A DNA stretch of 64,000 nucleotides from Escherichia coli (GCF_002854065.1 NZ_CP024147.1), one strand, 5' to 3'; positions 29,440 to 40,719 are shown, counted from the first letter of the stretch. The notes: generated by a model not told the origin, from the sequence alone. Numbers and translations are program-made.

Positions 29440-30081
29440 TCACAACTCCGGGGTTAAATGAGCAAGAATTTGTTTTGCCTGAGTGGTCAGGCGATTACGA
29501 GAAAACATCAGTTGCAGACGTCCGCCGCCGACCTGGTGCCAGAGCACGGCGGCGCGAATGCCTGCCAGCAGGGTTGCGCGAACTTTCGCCTGCACTTGTG
29601 GGCTTTGCAGTACAGCAGGGGAGCCGGTGACCTGAATGCGCGGGCCAAGCGGGCTAATCACATCAACATAGATAGCAGCCATCGCGCTCATCAGCGTTTC
29701 GGACTGTAAATCGAAGTGTTCGAGCTGGCGTTGCAGGCCGTTGATCCGGTTGCCCAGAGTGTCGAGCGCACCTTTCGCTGAGGAGAGTTTGCGCTCAAGC
29801 ACCATCAGGCTGAGTGTGTAGCGGGTTAATTCGGCGTTTAAGCCCTGGCGACTGCTGGCATTGAGCACGCCGAGCAGGGTTTCCAGCCCGACGCGCAGGT
29901 TGGCTTCGCTACCGCCAAAAACCGCCAGCGTCGAGCTGGGGTTCATATCAATAATACTGTTGAGTGAGACGTGTAGCGCATCGGCATCACAATGCCCCTG
30001 GTGAGCGAGTTGTTGCACCAGGCGTGCCGACTGACAAATACCGGCCAGGGCGAGGGTGATGTCATAGTAATTCTTTGCCAC
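29440..30081 (-). CDS. hflD: high-frequency lysogenization protein HflD
   Basis: 213-aa product ...[21 protein letters not shown]...; adjacent to purB/mnmA. Confidence 0.9.
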   Translation of the reverse strand: MAKNYYDITLALAGICQSARLVQQLAHQGHCDADALHVSLNSIIDMNPSSTLAVFGGSEANLRVGLETLLGVLNASSRQGLNAELTRYTLSLMVLERKLSSAKGALDTLGNRINGLQRQLEHFDLQSETLMSAMAAIYVDVISPLGPRIQVTGSPAVLQSPQVQAKVRATLLAGIRAAVLWHQVGGGRLQLMFSRNRLTTQAKQILAHLTPEL

Positions 30082-30116
30082 GTTCACTGCTTCCTTGTTT
30101 TAAGTAAAGATAATAA

Positions 30117-31738
<1,622 letters not shown>

Positions 31739-31747
31739 TTTGCATCC

Positions 31748-32398
31748 TTAATCTGTCACTTCTCGCCATTCGCCATTAGCAAGATTATCCAAAGAGTAAT
31801 CACCCATCGCATAACGAATCAGTCGCAGCGTGGGGAAACCAACATGGGCGGTCATGCGGCGCACCTGGCGATTACGTCCTTCAAATAAGGTGATCTTCAG
31901 CCAGCTGGTGGGAATACTTTTGCGTTCACGAATTGGTGGATTCCGCGGCCATAACCACGCAGGTTCGTCAACCAGCTCCGCGCCGGCGGGCAGGGTAGGG
32001 CCATCATTTAAGGTTACGCCATTGCGCAAGGCTTCAAGTGCGTCTTGTGTGGGAATACCTTCCACCTGCACATAATAGATTTTTCCGGTGCGTTTACCCG
32101 GCTGGGTTAAACGCGCCTGCAACGCGCCGTTATTGGTCAGCACCAGTAACCCTTCGCTATCGCGGTCAAGACGACCTGCTGCATAAACGCCCTGAACCGG
32201 GATGAATTCTTTTAATGCTTTGCGTCCGGCTTCATCGGTGAACTGCGGAAGAACATCGTAGGGTTTATTGAACAGGATCACACGCGTGGGCTGGTTTTCA
32301 GGTTTACGCTTAGTGGAGTGTTGCGAGTTTAGTCGACTAACCTGTTTTTTTCTAAAAGAAGATTTAGAATCGCTAAAGTATTTCATGGTAAATTCCAA
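31748..32398 (-). CDS. rluE: 23S rRNA pseudouridine synthase RluE
   Basis: 216-aa RsuA-family pseudouridine synthase (catalytic region [18 protein letters not shown]). Confidence 0.87.
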   Translation of the reverse strand: MEFTMKYFSDSKSSFRKKQVSRLNSQHSTKRKPENQPTRVILFNKPYDVLPQFTDEAGRKALKEFIPVQGVYAAGRLDRDSEGLLVLTNNGALQARLTQPGKRTGKIYYVQVEGIPTQDALEALRNGVTLNDGPTLPAGAELVDEPAWLWPRNPPIRERKSIPTSWLKITLFEGRNRQVRRMTAHVGFPTLRLIRYAMGDYSLDNLANGEWREVTD

Positions 32399-32718
32399 AT
32401 AGAGCTATACGCAGAGGGTAGCACAGTGTCGGATTGCATTGGACTTTGAAGGTACTCGTTAGAGGTTCAGGGTTCAGGCTCTTCAGCGCGGTTTCATCAA
32501 TACCTGGGTTAGTGAGCAGCGGTTGTGTGGCTGCATGGTGATAAATATGGCCCAATGAACACATTTTACATTGATGAATTGAATAAATATTGGTATGAAA
32601 AATAGTGTTTCTGTATTACTGATGGGTGACAGCACTTCACTGTTCAAGTTCAGGATGATGCTTTACCACTACCATCATCAGCAGTAATAAGAGGGGCATC
32701 GCAGCCTTCTTTTTTATT

Positions 32719-33054
32719 CTACTGATACAGCCATTTTCCCGCTTCTGCTGATTCCGCAAACATCCGTACAGTTAACGGTAAACGTGTTGTTTCTACCTCT
32801 TCCCGCTTGAGCTTGAACCATCGTTGAAGCAATGGTGCAGACTCCCACGGAAGGTACAAAGACCAGTCCAGATTATCCAGGTTAATCCCAAACCTCTCTT
32901 TGTATTTCCGTATAGCGTCCTCTAAATCATCTCGTGGATAGTCGAACAAATCAGAGTCCAGTTCTAACGGAATTTCCTTCCCGTGGTCATCCTGATAACC
33001 TGGAATCTCATCACGGAACAGTGCTAAAACTTCGTCTGTGATTGTTGTTGCCAT
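32719..33054 (-). CDS. hypothetical acidic 111-aa protein (family unassigned), translationally coupled to upstream ORF
   Basis: ATG overlaps the stop of the upstream ORF as TAATG; D/E-rich product MATTITDEVLALFRDEIPGYQDDHGKEIPLELDSDL...; an alternative GTG start at 33069 is possible; not a K-12 gene I recognise at this locus. Confidence 0.5.
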   Translation of the reverse strand: MATTITDEVLALFRDEIPGYQDDHGKEIPLELDSDLFDYPRDDLEDAIRKYKERFGINLDNLDWSLYLPWESAPLLQRWFKLKREEVETTRLPLTVRMFAESAEAGKWLYQ

Positions 33055-33503
33055 TAGAAGGAAGTCCACTTAATACGGTCTTGAGGTTTGGCAATCAGAT
33101 TGTATTTTTCCTGGGTACGAGTCGAAACCCTGTAAAGACTCATCGACAGTGAAACCCAACCAATCCACGGGACCCAACGAGCGATAATTGCAGCAAGCTT
33201 ATTAGATTTCTGCATCCTTACACCCACTGGTGTATGAACAGAAATACCAAAAGGCATGCGTGCATCTCTCATCAGTATACGCGCATACTTTGAGACAACA
33301 CTTGTTCCCAGGGTTGCCCCTTGCGGCTTCGCTCTTGTACCCAGCCAAGGTTGACCAGATAAGATTGCTGCACCTGATACCGAATCAATCCCCAATTCCT
33401 TACAGAATTCTTCAAGGAATATGACGTTGAGTAGTTCTATTTTGGACAGGTTCGGGTGTCCTCTATAGAAATATGTTCCATTGCGTTCTTCGGTAGTATC
33501 CAT
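33054..33503 (-). CDS. hypothetical 149-aa protein with C-proximal hydrophobic segment (family unassigned)
   Basis: ATG preceded by GGAG at a 9-nt spacing; hydrophobic stretch LAAIIARWVPWIGWVSLSMSLY; AGA/AGG Arg codons (atypical for E. coli core genes). Confidence 0.5.
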   Translation of the reverse strand: MDTTEERNGTYFYRGHPNLSKIELLNVIFLEEFCKELGIDSVSGAAILSGQPWLGTRAKPQGATLGTSVVSKYARILMRDARMPFGISVHTPVGVRMQKSNKLAAIIARWVPWIGWVSLSMSLYRVSTRTQEKYNLIAKPQDRIKWTSF

Positions 33504-33536
33504 TTTTCAACACTCCATTGTTATATAGTGTTTCTG

Positions 33537-33629
33537 TTACTTGAAGTTGATTTCTTCGGTTGCAGCAGATGCAGAACTAGAACCAGTAAAGGCAACGAGT
33601 GTCACAGCTATCAGTGCAAAGCGTTTCAT
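33537..33629 (-). CDS. putative 30-aa small ORF with signal-peptide-like N-terminus
   Basis: ATG preceded by GAGG at a 5-nt spacing; product MKRFALIAVTLVAFTGSSSASAATEEINFK; lies 33 nt upstream of the 149-aa ORF on the same strand. Confidence 0.3.
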   Translation of the reverse strand: MKRFALIAVTLVAFTGSSSASAATEEINFK

Positions 33630-34089
33630 GTGAACCTCAAAAAGGGTGGATGCCATAATTTACTCGTTGCTTGTCGCTTCAACCATGACTTTTGATAATT
33701 TTCCCAATAGTGCTCAAAGTGAGTTAGTCGCTGAATCGAGTAATGTCAAATTTTGACCAAATAGCACCCTGTTAGTTATCTCTGGTGGTTTTTTTATTGC
33801 TTAAAATCTGGTGTAACTAATTGATATTTAATACTTTATTTGAAGGTCGGGAAAATACTGTCTTTGGTCTAAAAGAAGTTTTTTGCATGGTATTTTCAGA
33901 GATTATGAATTGCCGCATTATAGCCTAATAACGCGCATCTTTCATGACGGCAAACAATAGGGTAGTATTGACAAGCCAATTACAAATCATTAACAAAAAA
34001 TTGCTCTAAAGCATCCGTATCGCAGGACGCAAACGCATATGCAACGTGGTGGCAGACGAGCAAACCAGTAGCGCTCGAAGGAGAGGTGA

Positions 34090-35340
34090 ATGGAAAGTAA
34101 AGTAGTTGTTCCGGCACAAGGCAAGAAGATCACCCTGCAAAACGGCAAACTCAACGTTCCTGAAAATCCGATTATCCCTTACATTGAAGGTGATGGAATC
34201 GGTGTAGATGTAACCCCAGCCATGCTGAAAGTGGTCGACGCTGCAGTCGAGAAAGCCTATAAAGGTGAGCGTAAAATCTCCTGGATGGAAATTTACACCG
34301 GTGAAAAATCCACACAGGTTTATGGTCAGGACGTCTGGTTGCCTGCTGAAACTCTTGATCTGATTCGTGAATATCGCGTTGCTATTAAAGGCCCGCTGAC
34401 CACTCCGGTTGGTGGCGGTATTCGTTCTCTCAACGTTGCCCTGCGCCAGGAACTGGATCTCTACATCTGCCTGCGTCCGGTACGTTACTATCAGGGCACT
34501 CCAAGCCCGGTTAAACACCCTGAACTGACCGATATGGTTATCTTCCGTGAAAACTCGGAAGACATTTATGCGGGTATCGAATGGAAAGCTGACTCTGCCG
34601 ACGCCGAGAAAGTGATTAAATTCCTGCGTGAAGAGATGGGCGTGAAGAAAATTCGCTTCCCGGAACATTGCGGTATCGGTATTAAGCCGTGTTCTGAAGA
34701 AGGCACCAAACGTCTGGTTCGTGCAGCGATCGAATACGCAATTGCTAACGATCGTGACTCTGTGACCCTGGTGCACAAAGGCAACATCATGAAGTTCACC
34801 GAAGGCGCGTTTAAAGACTGGGGCTACCAGCTGGCGCGTGAAGAATTTGGCGGTGAACTGATCGACGGCGGCCCGTGGCTGAAAGTTAAAAACCCGAATA
34901 CCGGCAAAGAGATCGTCATTAAAGACGTGATTGCTGATGCATTCCTGCAACAGATCCTGCTGCGTCCGGCTGAATATGATGTTATCGCCTGTATGAACCT
35001 GAACGGTGACTACATTTCTGACGCCCTGGCAGCGCAGGTTGGCGGTATCGGTATCGCCCCTGGTGCAAACATCGGTGACGAATGCGCCCTGTTTGAAGCC
35101 ACCCACGGTACTGCGCCGAAATATGCCGGTCAGGACAAAGTAAACCCAGGCTCTATTATACTCTCTGCTGAGATGATGTTACGCCACATGGGTTGGACCG
35201 AAGCCGCAGACCTGATTGTTAAAGGTATGGAAGGCGCAATCAATGCGAAGACCGTAACCTATGACTTCGAACGTTTGATGGAAGGCGCTAAACTGCTGAA
35301 ATGTTCAGAGTTTGGTGATGCGATCATCAAGAATATGTAA
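34090..35340 (+). CDS. icd: isocitrate dehydrogenase (NADP)
   Basis: 416-aa product [38 protein letters not shown]...; preceded by GGAGAGG RBS. Confidence 0.97.
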   Translation: MESKVVVPAQGKKITLQNGKLNVPENPIIPYIEGDGIGVDVTPAMLKVVDAAVEKAYKGERKISWMEIYTGEKSTQVYGQDVWLPAETLDLIREYRVAIKGPLTTPVGGGIRSLNVALRQELDLYICLRPVRYYQGTPSPVKHPELTDMVIFRENSEDIYAGIEWKADSADAEKVIKFLREEMGVKKIRFPEHCGIGIKPCSEEGTKRLVRAAIEYAIANDRDSVTLVHKGNIMKFTEGAFKDWGYQLAREEFGGELIDGGPWLKVKNPNTGKEIVIKDVIADAFLQQILLRPAEYDVIACMNLNGDYISDALAAQVGGIGIAPGANIGDECALFEATHGTAPKYAGQDKVNPGSIILSAEMMLRHMGWTEAADLIVKGMEGAINAKTVTYDFERLMEGAKLLKCSEFGDAIIKNM

Positions 35341-35364
35341 TCACTACATGTGTTAAATATTTAA

Positions 35365-35396
35365 ACGGGCGTATAACACGCCCGTTGTTTTATTTA
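35365..35396 (+). terminator. rho-independent terminator of icd
   Basis: acgggcgt-ataac-acgcccgt hairpin (8-bp stem) followed by a T-rich run. Confidence 0.7.
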
Positions 35397-35442
35397 TGTA
35401 GATATTATTAATAGCATATCGAGCATATTTATATAAAACCCA

Positions 35443-35766
35443 TTACTTGAGCCCATACGGGCATATTTTTATAATACAACTCTTATGCAAACATTTATTT
35501 GTTATTTCGCTTTCTCCTGGAGGACACTCTTGACTGCTTTTGAGTAAACTCCATAAATTCTTGTTGAATGGTGCAATGTTATAAATAGTAATAGGATATT
35601 CTTTATCCTTAAGGATAATACCAGGCTTAACAGGTGTAAATATACTTCCAGGAGGAAGAAATATAGTAGATTGATACCAGATGATCATTTTCATATCACC
35701 CCATATGGCTGAAAAAGATATGCCGCATGTAGGTTGAATTACCGTGTCAATTACTACCCACTTCAT
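35443..35766 (-). CDS. iraM: anti-adaptor protein IraM (RpoS stabiliser)
   Basis: 107-aa product [32 protein letters not shown]... matching my recollection of IraM/YcgW; AT-rich context. Confidence 0.82.
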   Translation of the reverse strand: MKWVVIDTVIQPTCGISFSAIWGDMKMIIWYQSTIFLPPGSIFTPVKPGIILKDKEYPITIYNIAPFNKNLWSLLKSSQECPPGESEITNKCLHKSCIIKICPYGLK

Positions 35767-36461
35767 TTGTTATGTCTTATCCCACGGTATTTAATATAGT
35801 TCATTTGGATGTTCATTTCTTTATTTTGCATATGAGTATATTACCCCTTCAAAAAATAAATTAATTAAAACGATTGCTTATATAAAACAAAACTTAAAGC
35901 AAGGAATCTCAATGGATGTTAAACAAAATGAGATTTAGTGAAAACAATAAATTATTCACTTCGTTTTAGATTTGTTTAGCTATAATGTTATACATTCAAA
36001 TGACTGAACATCCTGTAATTAAAACATAGCCTTTATGCTACTTTGTGCCAATTTGCTAAACATTATGGTTGCCTTTTTATATAACGATAATAATGAATAT
36101 AAGCATGACATGAGAATAAGGTTTCAATTTTTGAGTTATATAGGAAAGGTTTAACCTGTTCCTGGCTAAAATACATATAACTGGATGATGACTAAACCAA
36201 AACACATGTGCGTTAAGTATTGAAACGGGCGTATGGCACGCCCGTTGGTTTTATAAATATATTAACCGTTATAAAATAACGTATAGAAAGTCAAGTGATC
36301 ACATTTCAAATATCAATTTGATAGTATTGGCCTGGTGATTATTTATGGGTAGCAATAAAAGGACAGTATTTATCATCCATAGGGATAGTCTCTGTACTTT
36401 TATTCCCATTATGCTAATGCCTTACTGAATTATGAAGCATTTCTTAAGCATCCAACTTAAG

Positions 36462-36866
36462 CTAGATTAATGGTTTATTATTTTCTACATCTTCAATATA
36501 TAAAAGCGTATTATCAATGGCGTAGTAACTGCGTTTGTTATGATTAACATCAGTAACCCAACGGAAAACGCCCGCGTCTGCCAGTGTTGAACAGTATTCC
36601 CGAAATGTAGATTTTCCGCAAATATGAAGCAATGCGGCCTCTTTTATTTTAGCAGGGTTCTTGGTCGTACTAACTTTTAACAGGTTCCTGGTTCCTCTTA
36701 ATAACAAAACCGTGTCATCGTGAGTAATAATTCTGATGTTATCCGTAGCCAGATAATAAATGTAATGTGCAATACGGTGATGTTTTAATTCTGAATAAAA
36801 CCAGGAGAAGTTTTGCTCTTTTCTCACTTGCTCAAACATCTTTTGAAAAACAACGACCTGATCCAT
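36462..36866 (-). CDS. ycgX: uncharacterised protein YcgX
   Basis: 134-aa ORF at the conserved position between iraM and bluR. Confidence 0.75.
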   Translation of the reverse strand: MDQVVVFQKMFEQVRKEQNFSWFYSELKHHRIAHYIYYLATDNIRIITHDDTVLLLRGTRNLLKVSTTKNPAKIKEAALLHICGKSTFREYCSTLADAGVFRWVTDVNHNKRSYYAIDNTLLYIEDVENNKPLI

Positions 36867-37086
36867 CAGGATAATAACCTCTTGTTAGTTGTGAGACTGC
36901 GTAGTGTGCACGATCGGTTTTACCACTTCAATCTGGTCTGTCCTTTGGCTGTGATATGTACAAAGTGTGAAAGGGGGATTACCTGAATTCTCCCGGTGAG
37001 CATTTTGTAATGGACCAGCTCCGGTACAAACGCTGTTGTGGGTTCAGATTATAACATTCTGTCTAAGGGGCGGGATAAAGGTGAAA

Positions 37087-37818
37087 TTAGGGGGCATGAA
37101 AGATGACTTTATAACCTTGCTCACCCCAGTGTTGTAAAAGTTCATTTTGCCTTCTCGTTGGTGCCATGCCTGTCCAGACAATCAATGTTTGCGTCGGGAA
37201 CAGTTCCGGGCGCGGTGATTCAATGGGATCAGCAAGAACAGAAATATGCCATCCTGACAATGATAAACGCCATGCTTCCAGCCACAATCGAGCTCTCTCT
37301 TCAACATTCCACGCCATCAGAATGGCTTCTTTACCGGGCTTACGGCGCATTTCGAAAAGCGAGGCTGCTGCGTATTCAATTAGTGCGCCGTCAAACATAC
37401 TGCTCATAATGCGGGAGGTGTTGTGATCAAGCACGAGACGCTGGCGAACAGGAAGGTAAACATGATTAATCAATTGATCTACTGGGTACTCTCGACCCAG
37501 TGAAATAATTCTCGCGCGTAGTTTGGCAGGATTAGCCATACGAAGAATTGACATCATCTCTTCTTGCAGGCGGCTCCAGTCATCTTCCGTATCCTGGCTG
37601 GTGGTTTCCAGTAATGCTTTAACTTTGCCTACAGGGACGCCATTACTTATCCAACGCTTGATCTCTTCGATACGTTGTATGTCTTCTTCATCAAAGAGTC
37701 GGTGTCCGCCTTCACTGCGCTGTGGTTTTAACAAACCGTAGCGGCGTTGCCAGGCCCGGAGAGTGACAGGATTAATCCCGCAACGTTCAGCAACATCACC
37801 AATGCTGTAATAAGCCAC
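37087..37818 (-). CDS. bluR: MerR-family repressor BluR (YcgE)
   Basis: 243-aa product with N-terminal MerR HTH ([32 protein letters not shown]). Confidence 0.9.
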   Translation of the reverse strand: MAYYSIGDVAERCGINPVTLRAWQRRYGLLKPQRSEGGHRLFDEEDIQRIEEIKRWISNGVPVGKVKALLETTSQDTEDDWSRLQEEMMSILRMANPAKLRARIISLGREYPVDQLINHVYLPVRQRLVLDHNTSRIMSSMFDGALIEYAAASLFEMRRKPGKEAILMAWNVEERARLWLEAWRLSLSGWHISVLADPIESPRPELFPTQTLIVWTGMAPTRRQNELLQHWGEQGYKVIFHAP

Positions 37819-37868
37819 AATTCCTCCTTGCGGTCACAAATCTCCGTCGCCTGTACACGACCCAATAA

Positions 37869-37904
37869 TACTTTGTACAATATACGCTAAAATTGTACAA
37901 AGTA
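37869..37904. promoter_or_regulatory. inverted repeat (13-bp arms) in bluR upstream region, candidate operator
   Basis: tactttgtacaat - 10 bp - attgtacaaagta, perfect 13-bp inverted repeat 50-85 bp upstream of the bluR start. Confidence 0.35.
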
Positions 37905-38022
37905 TAAATAAGATTTCAGCTAAATTGGATGAAACATTATTTTTAATGTGGATTAAATTAAAACATAACGTATTCATTTTCACGATGATTTCCAGAAAAC
38001 TTGCAAAATAATGTGCTGAAAA

Positions 38023-39234
38023 TTATTTTTTCTCCGGCCACGCAACTGAAGGGATACCATTCAATTTAGCTTTAGCAAACAGATCCCCCTGAAACATCTC
38101 AATTCCTGCGGATTCAAGCCACATCCACTCTTCTGGTGTTGCCACGCCCATAGCACTGACTTGAATTTCAAGTGATGTACAGCATTTTATGATCGCCTGA
38201 ATAATTGCCTGCCGTGGTCCGCTTTTATGAACATTGGTAATCAATTCCTGACTGATTTTAATTCTGTCAGGCTGGAAGCGTGACAGGAGTAACAAACCAG
38301 CAAAACCTGCGCCAAAATGATCAATTGCTACACTGATACCGGCAGCCTTTAGCGATTTAACCGCTTCGGCAAACTCATCAAACCGAGATATGACTTCACT
38401 TTCAGTAAATTCAACGATGATTTGTTCAGGCACCAGACCATTGGCCTTTATTTCATCAAGTAAAAAAGAGACTGCGTCAGGCTCGTTAACCAGGGTCATA
38501 GGTAATAGATTGATAGATATCATTTTATCACCGAGCTCAAGTGCGTGTGCCATCGCGAATACAAGCGCCTTACTTTTGAGATCCGCTGTGTAGATTTCCC
38601 CGTCTTTACGCTGCCCAACCGCTATAGCTGACGGGCTGTCTTCATTTTTTTGCACAATGGCTTCAAAAGCGATTATCCGCCGCGATAAGGGATCAACAAT
38701 AGGATGAAAGGCAAAGTGGTCGTTTATATTTGGTGAAAGGGTACAGGAATCAAGTTCTTTATCAGATCTGTCAGCGATAAAAAGCCAGGAGTCTTCAGCA
38801 GGGATCTCGAAATAGGTTGATTGTTCGGTTGCAAGGACAAAAGTACGAAAAAATTGTAGCGCTCTGTCATCATAAGTTAGCTGAAATTTTGATGTGCCTT
38901 TGTCGAATACGGCCTGTAAAACGTCATCTCGCTCGTGCAGGCGTAAATCAAATAATTCCATTCCTGCTTTACCAAAACGGCGAGCAGGCGCGTAATCGCA
39001 CAACAGTTCAACAATATTATAGTGCCGAGGATCCTGGCATATAGCCCGATATATCATTTGAACCTGTTCTTCCGGACCTTCCAGAAGCTGGAAAAAATGA
39101 GAACCATTAAACAGTAAGATCCCTGTTACGTCAGACTGCATGTTCCTGCGATTTGCTATCGAAACCATTTCTTCGATTTTTTTGACAGGTTCGTCGTCAC
39201 GTATATGGCTACGATAAATAAGGGTGGTAAGCAT
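38023..39234 (-). CDS. bluF: blue-light sensor BluF (BLUF plus degenerate EAL domain; YcgF)
   Basis: 403-aa product from MLTTLIYRSHIRDD...; BLUF N-terminus and EAL-like C-terminus. Confidence 0.9.
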   Translation of the reverse strand: MLTTLIYRSHIRDDEPVKKIEEMVSIANRRNMQSDVTGILLFNGSHFFQLLEGPEEQVQMIYRAICQDPRHYNIVELLCDYAPARRFGKAGMELFDLRLHERDDVLQAVFDKGTSKFQLTYDDRALQFFRTFVLATEQSTYFEIPAEDSWLFIADRSDKELDSCTLSPNINDHFAFHPIVDPLSRRIIAFEAIVQKNEDSPSAIAVGQRKDGEIYTADLKSKALVFAMAHALELGDKMISINLLPMTLVNEPDAVSFLLDEIKANGLVPEQIIVEFTESEVISRFDEFAEAVKSLKAAGISVAIDHFGAGFAGLLLLSRFQPDRIKISQELITNVHKSGPRQAIIQAIIKCCTSLEIQVSAMGVATPEEWMWLESAGIEMFQGDLFAKAKLNGIPSVAWPEKK

Positions 39235-39547
39235 TAACTGTCCAGGGTAATGGGAGAGGCGAGAGTAAGACGGTAACAGACATATCTTCCGGTGTCTTTC
39301 TTTTAATACCAAAACATAACTGTTTCTTTACATTGATAAAAAATGGAAAAAGTTGAACACGAGTTGGCGAAAAATCTTGTATAGGTTGTCAGTTAAATGA
39401 TGCAATATGTTTTATCATAACGTATTGTTTTATATGCATTAGCACTAATTGCAAAAAATTAATTTATCATTCTGTACACATATTTCGTACAAGTTTGCTA
39501 TTGTTACCTCACTTAACATTGATTAACATTTTTAACAGAGGCGTAGC

Positions 39548-39784
39548 ATGCATCAAAATTCAGTGACTTTAGATTCTGCGGGAGCAATCACTCGTTACTT
39601 TGCAAAAGCTAACTTGCCTACTCAGCAGGAAACTCTCGGGGAAATTGTGACTGAGATTTTGAAAGATGGACGTAATCTGAGTCGAAAGTCGCTTTGTGCC
39701 AAACTTCTTTGCCGACTGGAACAAGCGACAGGGGAAGAGGAACAGAAACATTATAATGCACTAATTGGGTTGCTTTTTGAATAA
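39548..39784 (+). CDS. ycgZ: small protein YcgZ (connector of two-component signalling)
   Basis: 78-aa ORF with good RBS, divergent from bluF. Confidence 0.85.
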   Translation: MHQNSVTLDSAGAITRYFAKANLPTQQETLGEIVTEILKDGRNLSRKSLCAKLLCRLEQATGEEEQKHYNALIGLLFE

Positions 39785-39813
39785 TGCAACAGCCTGATTA
39801 TTTGGATTTGCCC

Positions 39814-40719
39814 CTATATTTCCAGACATCTGTTATCACTTAACCCATTACAAGCCCGCTGCCGCAGATATTCCCGTGGCGAGCGATAACCCAGCGCACT
39901 ATGCGGATGCCATTCGTTATAATGCTCGAACGCCTCTGCAAGGTTCTTTGCTGCCGTTAACCCGTCTGGTTTGGGCATGATACTGATGTAGTCACGCTTT
40001 ATCGTTTTCACGAAGCTCTCTGCTATTCCGTTACTCTCCGGACTCCGCACCGCCGTGTTCTTCGGTTCAAGTCCCAACATCCGGGCGAACTGGCGTGTTT
40101 CATTAGCCCGGTAGCATGAACCATTATCCGTCAGCCACTCCACTGGAGACGACGGAAGATCGTTGCCGAAGCGGCGTTCCACCGCTCCCAGCATGACGTC
40201 CTGTACTGTTTCACTGTTGAAGCCGCCGGTAGTGACCGCCCAGTGCAGTGCCTCACGATCACAGCAGTCCAGCGCGAACGTGACACGCAGTCTCTCTCCG
40301 TTATCACAGCAGAACTCGAACCCGTCAGAGCACCATCGCTGATTGCTTTCTTTCACGGCCACTCTGCCTGTATGTGCCCGTTTCGATGGCGGTACAGCAG
40401 GTTTTCGCTCAAGCAACAGCGCATTCTAGCGCATGATCCGGTAAACACGTTTGGCATTGATCGCAGGCATACCATCAAGTTCTGCCTGTCTGCGAAGCAG
40501 CGCCCATACCCGACGATAACCATACGTGGGCAGCTCTCCGATAACATGGTGTATACGGAGAAGCACATCCGTATCATCAGTGTGACGACTGCGGCGGCCA
40601 TCCATCCAGTCATCGGTTCGTCTGAGAATGACGTGCAACTGCGCACGCGACACCCGGAGACAACGGCTGACTAAGCTTACTCCCCATCCCCGGGCAATAA
40701 GGGCGCGTGCGCTATCCAC
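39814..40719 (-). pseudogene. insD: IS2 transposase OrfB (InsD) interrupted by in-frame TAG at codon 98
   Basis: Frame [12 protein letters not shown]...AKRVYRIMR / TAG (rc of plus 40426-40428) / [20 protein letters not shown]...; canonical IS2 has Gln at this position as I recall. Confidence 0.75.

Noticed and set aside
32596-32688. 30-codon plus-strand ORF (MKNSVSVLLMGDSTSLFKFRMMLYHYHHQQ) between rluE and the unknown operon
   Set aside because: No Shine-Dalgarno sequence and no recognisable feature; kept only as a note because it sits in the non-K-12 insert.
34006-35106. 366-aa ORF on the minus strand
   Set aside because: Lies entirely antisense within icd; composition-driven open frame in a highly expressed, codon-biased gene, with no independent start signal.
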